Shown here one piece after another: positions 63,761 through 64,000 of a stretch of DNA of 64,000 bases (positions within the stretch are counted from its first letter, which is position 1; each line of letters opens with the position of its first letter). A model generated the notes under the pieces. The model had not been told where the DNA came from. It did not search any database and saw nothing but the letters and a program-made list of their open reading frames with translations. The DNA is from an uncultured Rickettsiales bacterium (GTDB taxonomy: Bacteria; Pseudomonadota; Alphaproteobacteria; Rickettsiales; UBA1997), in assembly GCA_944392135.1 (NCBI GenBank), contig CALXVQ010000002.1, positions 49,825-113,824 of the forward strand, read 5' to 3'. The position numbers and the translations under genes are program-made.

Positions 63761-64000
63761 ACTAGTTGTATTGTATTCAAAAATAAAATAAAACTATTAT
63801 TTAAAATATAAAATTAATACCTAAATTTAAATTTAAGCCATCTCTTCCACCAATTCTATAACCAAGATTTGAAGATATATTAATATCTCTATTTAAAAGT
63901 TTTTTATCAAAACCAATATTAAATTCAAAATAATCTTTTAGCATAAAATCAATTAATTCAAAGGAATCAACCATAAAATTATTTGTATTATTTATATTAA

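Overview
Very AT-rich chromosomal window, probably from a Rickettsiales-like alphaproteobacterium (inferred from tolC-popZ synteny and RPE/REP-like palindromes). 1-37 kb is the right part of a prophage: a Mu-like contractile tail module with an HU moron and a -1 frameshifted tail chaperone, a holin/spanin/M15-endolysin lysis module interleaved with three antisense mini-cassettes that each carry the same promoter plus 5' hairpin, an 18-kb two-partner-secretion (CDI-like) polymorphic toxin locus, and a DUF2924/large serine recombinase module with a candidate att site near 36.98 kb. 37.7-53.3 kb is a defence cluster around lepA: Druantia type III with a frameshifted druH, a BcgI-like R-M with a half-size S subunit, TIGR02391, an unknown gene and a relic S-subunit tail. 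54-64 kb is core genome (secA, tolC, very long PopZ-like gene, dnaQ, ygiW-like, blc) with REP/RPE-like arrays. Most notable: the prophage-borne TPS locus, whose ancestral ~3.6k-aa CdiA appears split in frame by an inserted toxin/immunity module, with all immunity candidates exported, and the triplicated promoter-hairpin cassettes. All family assignments come from motif recognition by eye, not database searches.
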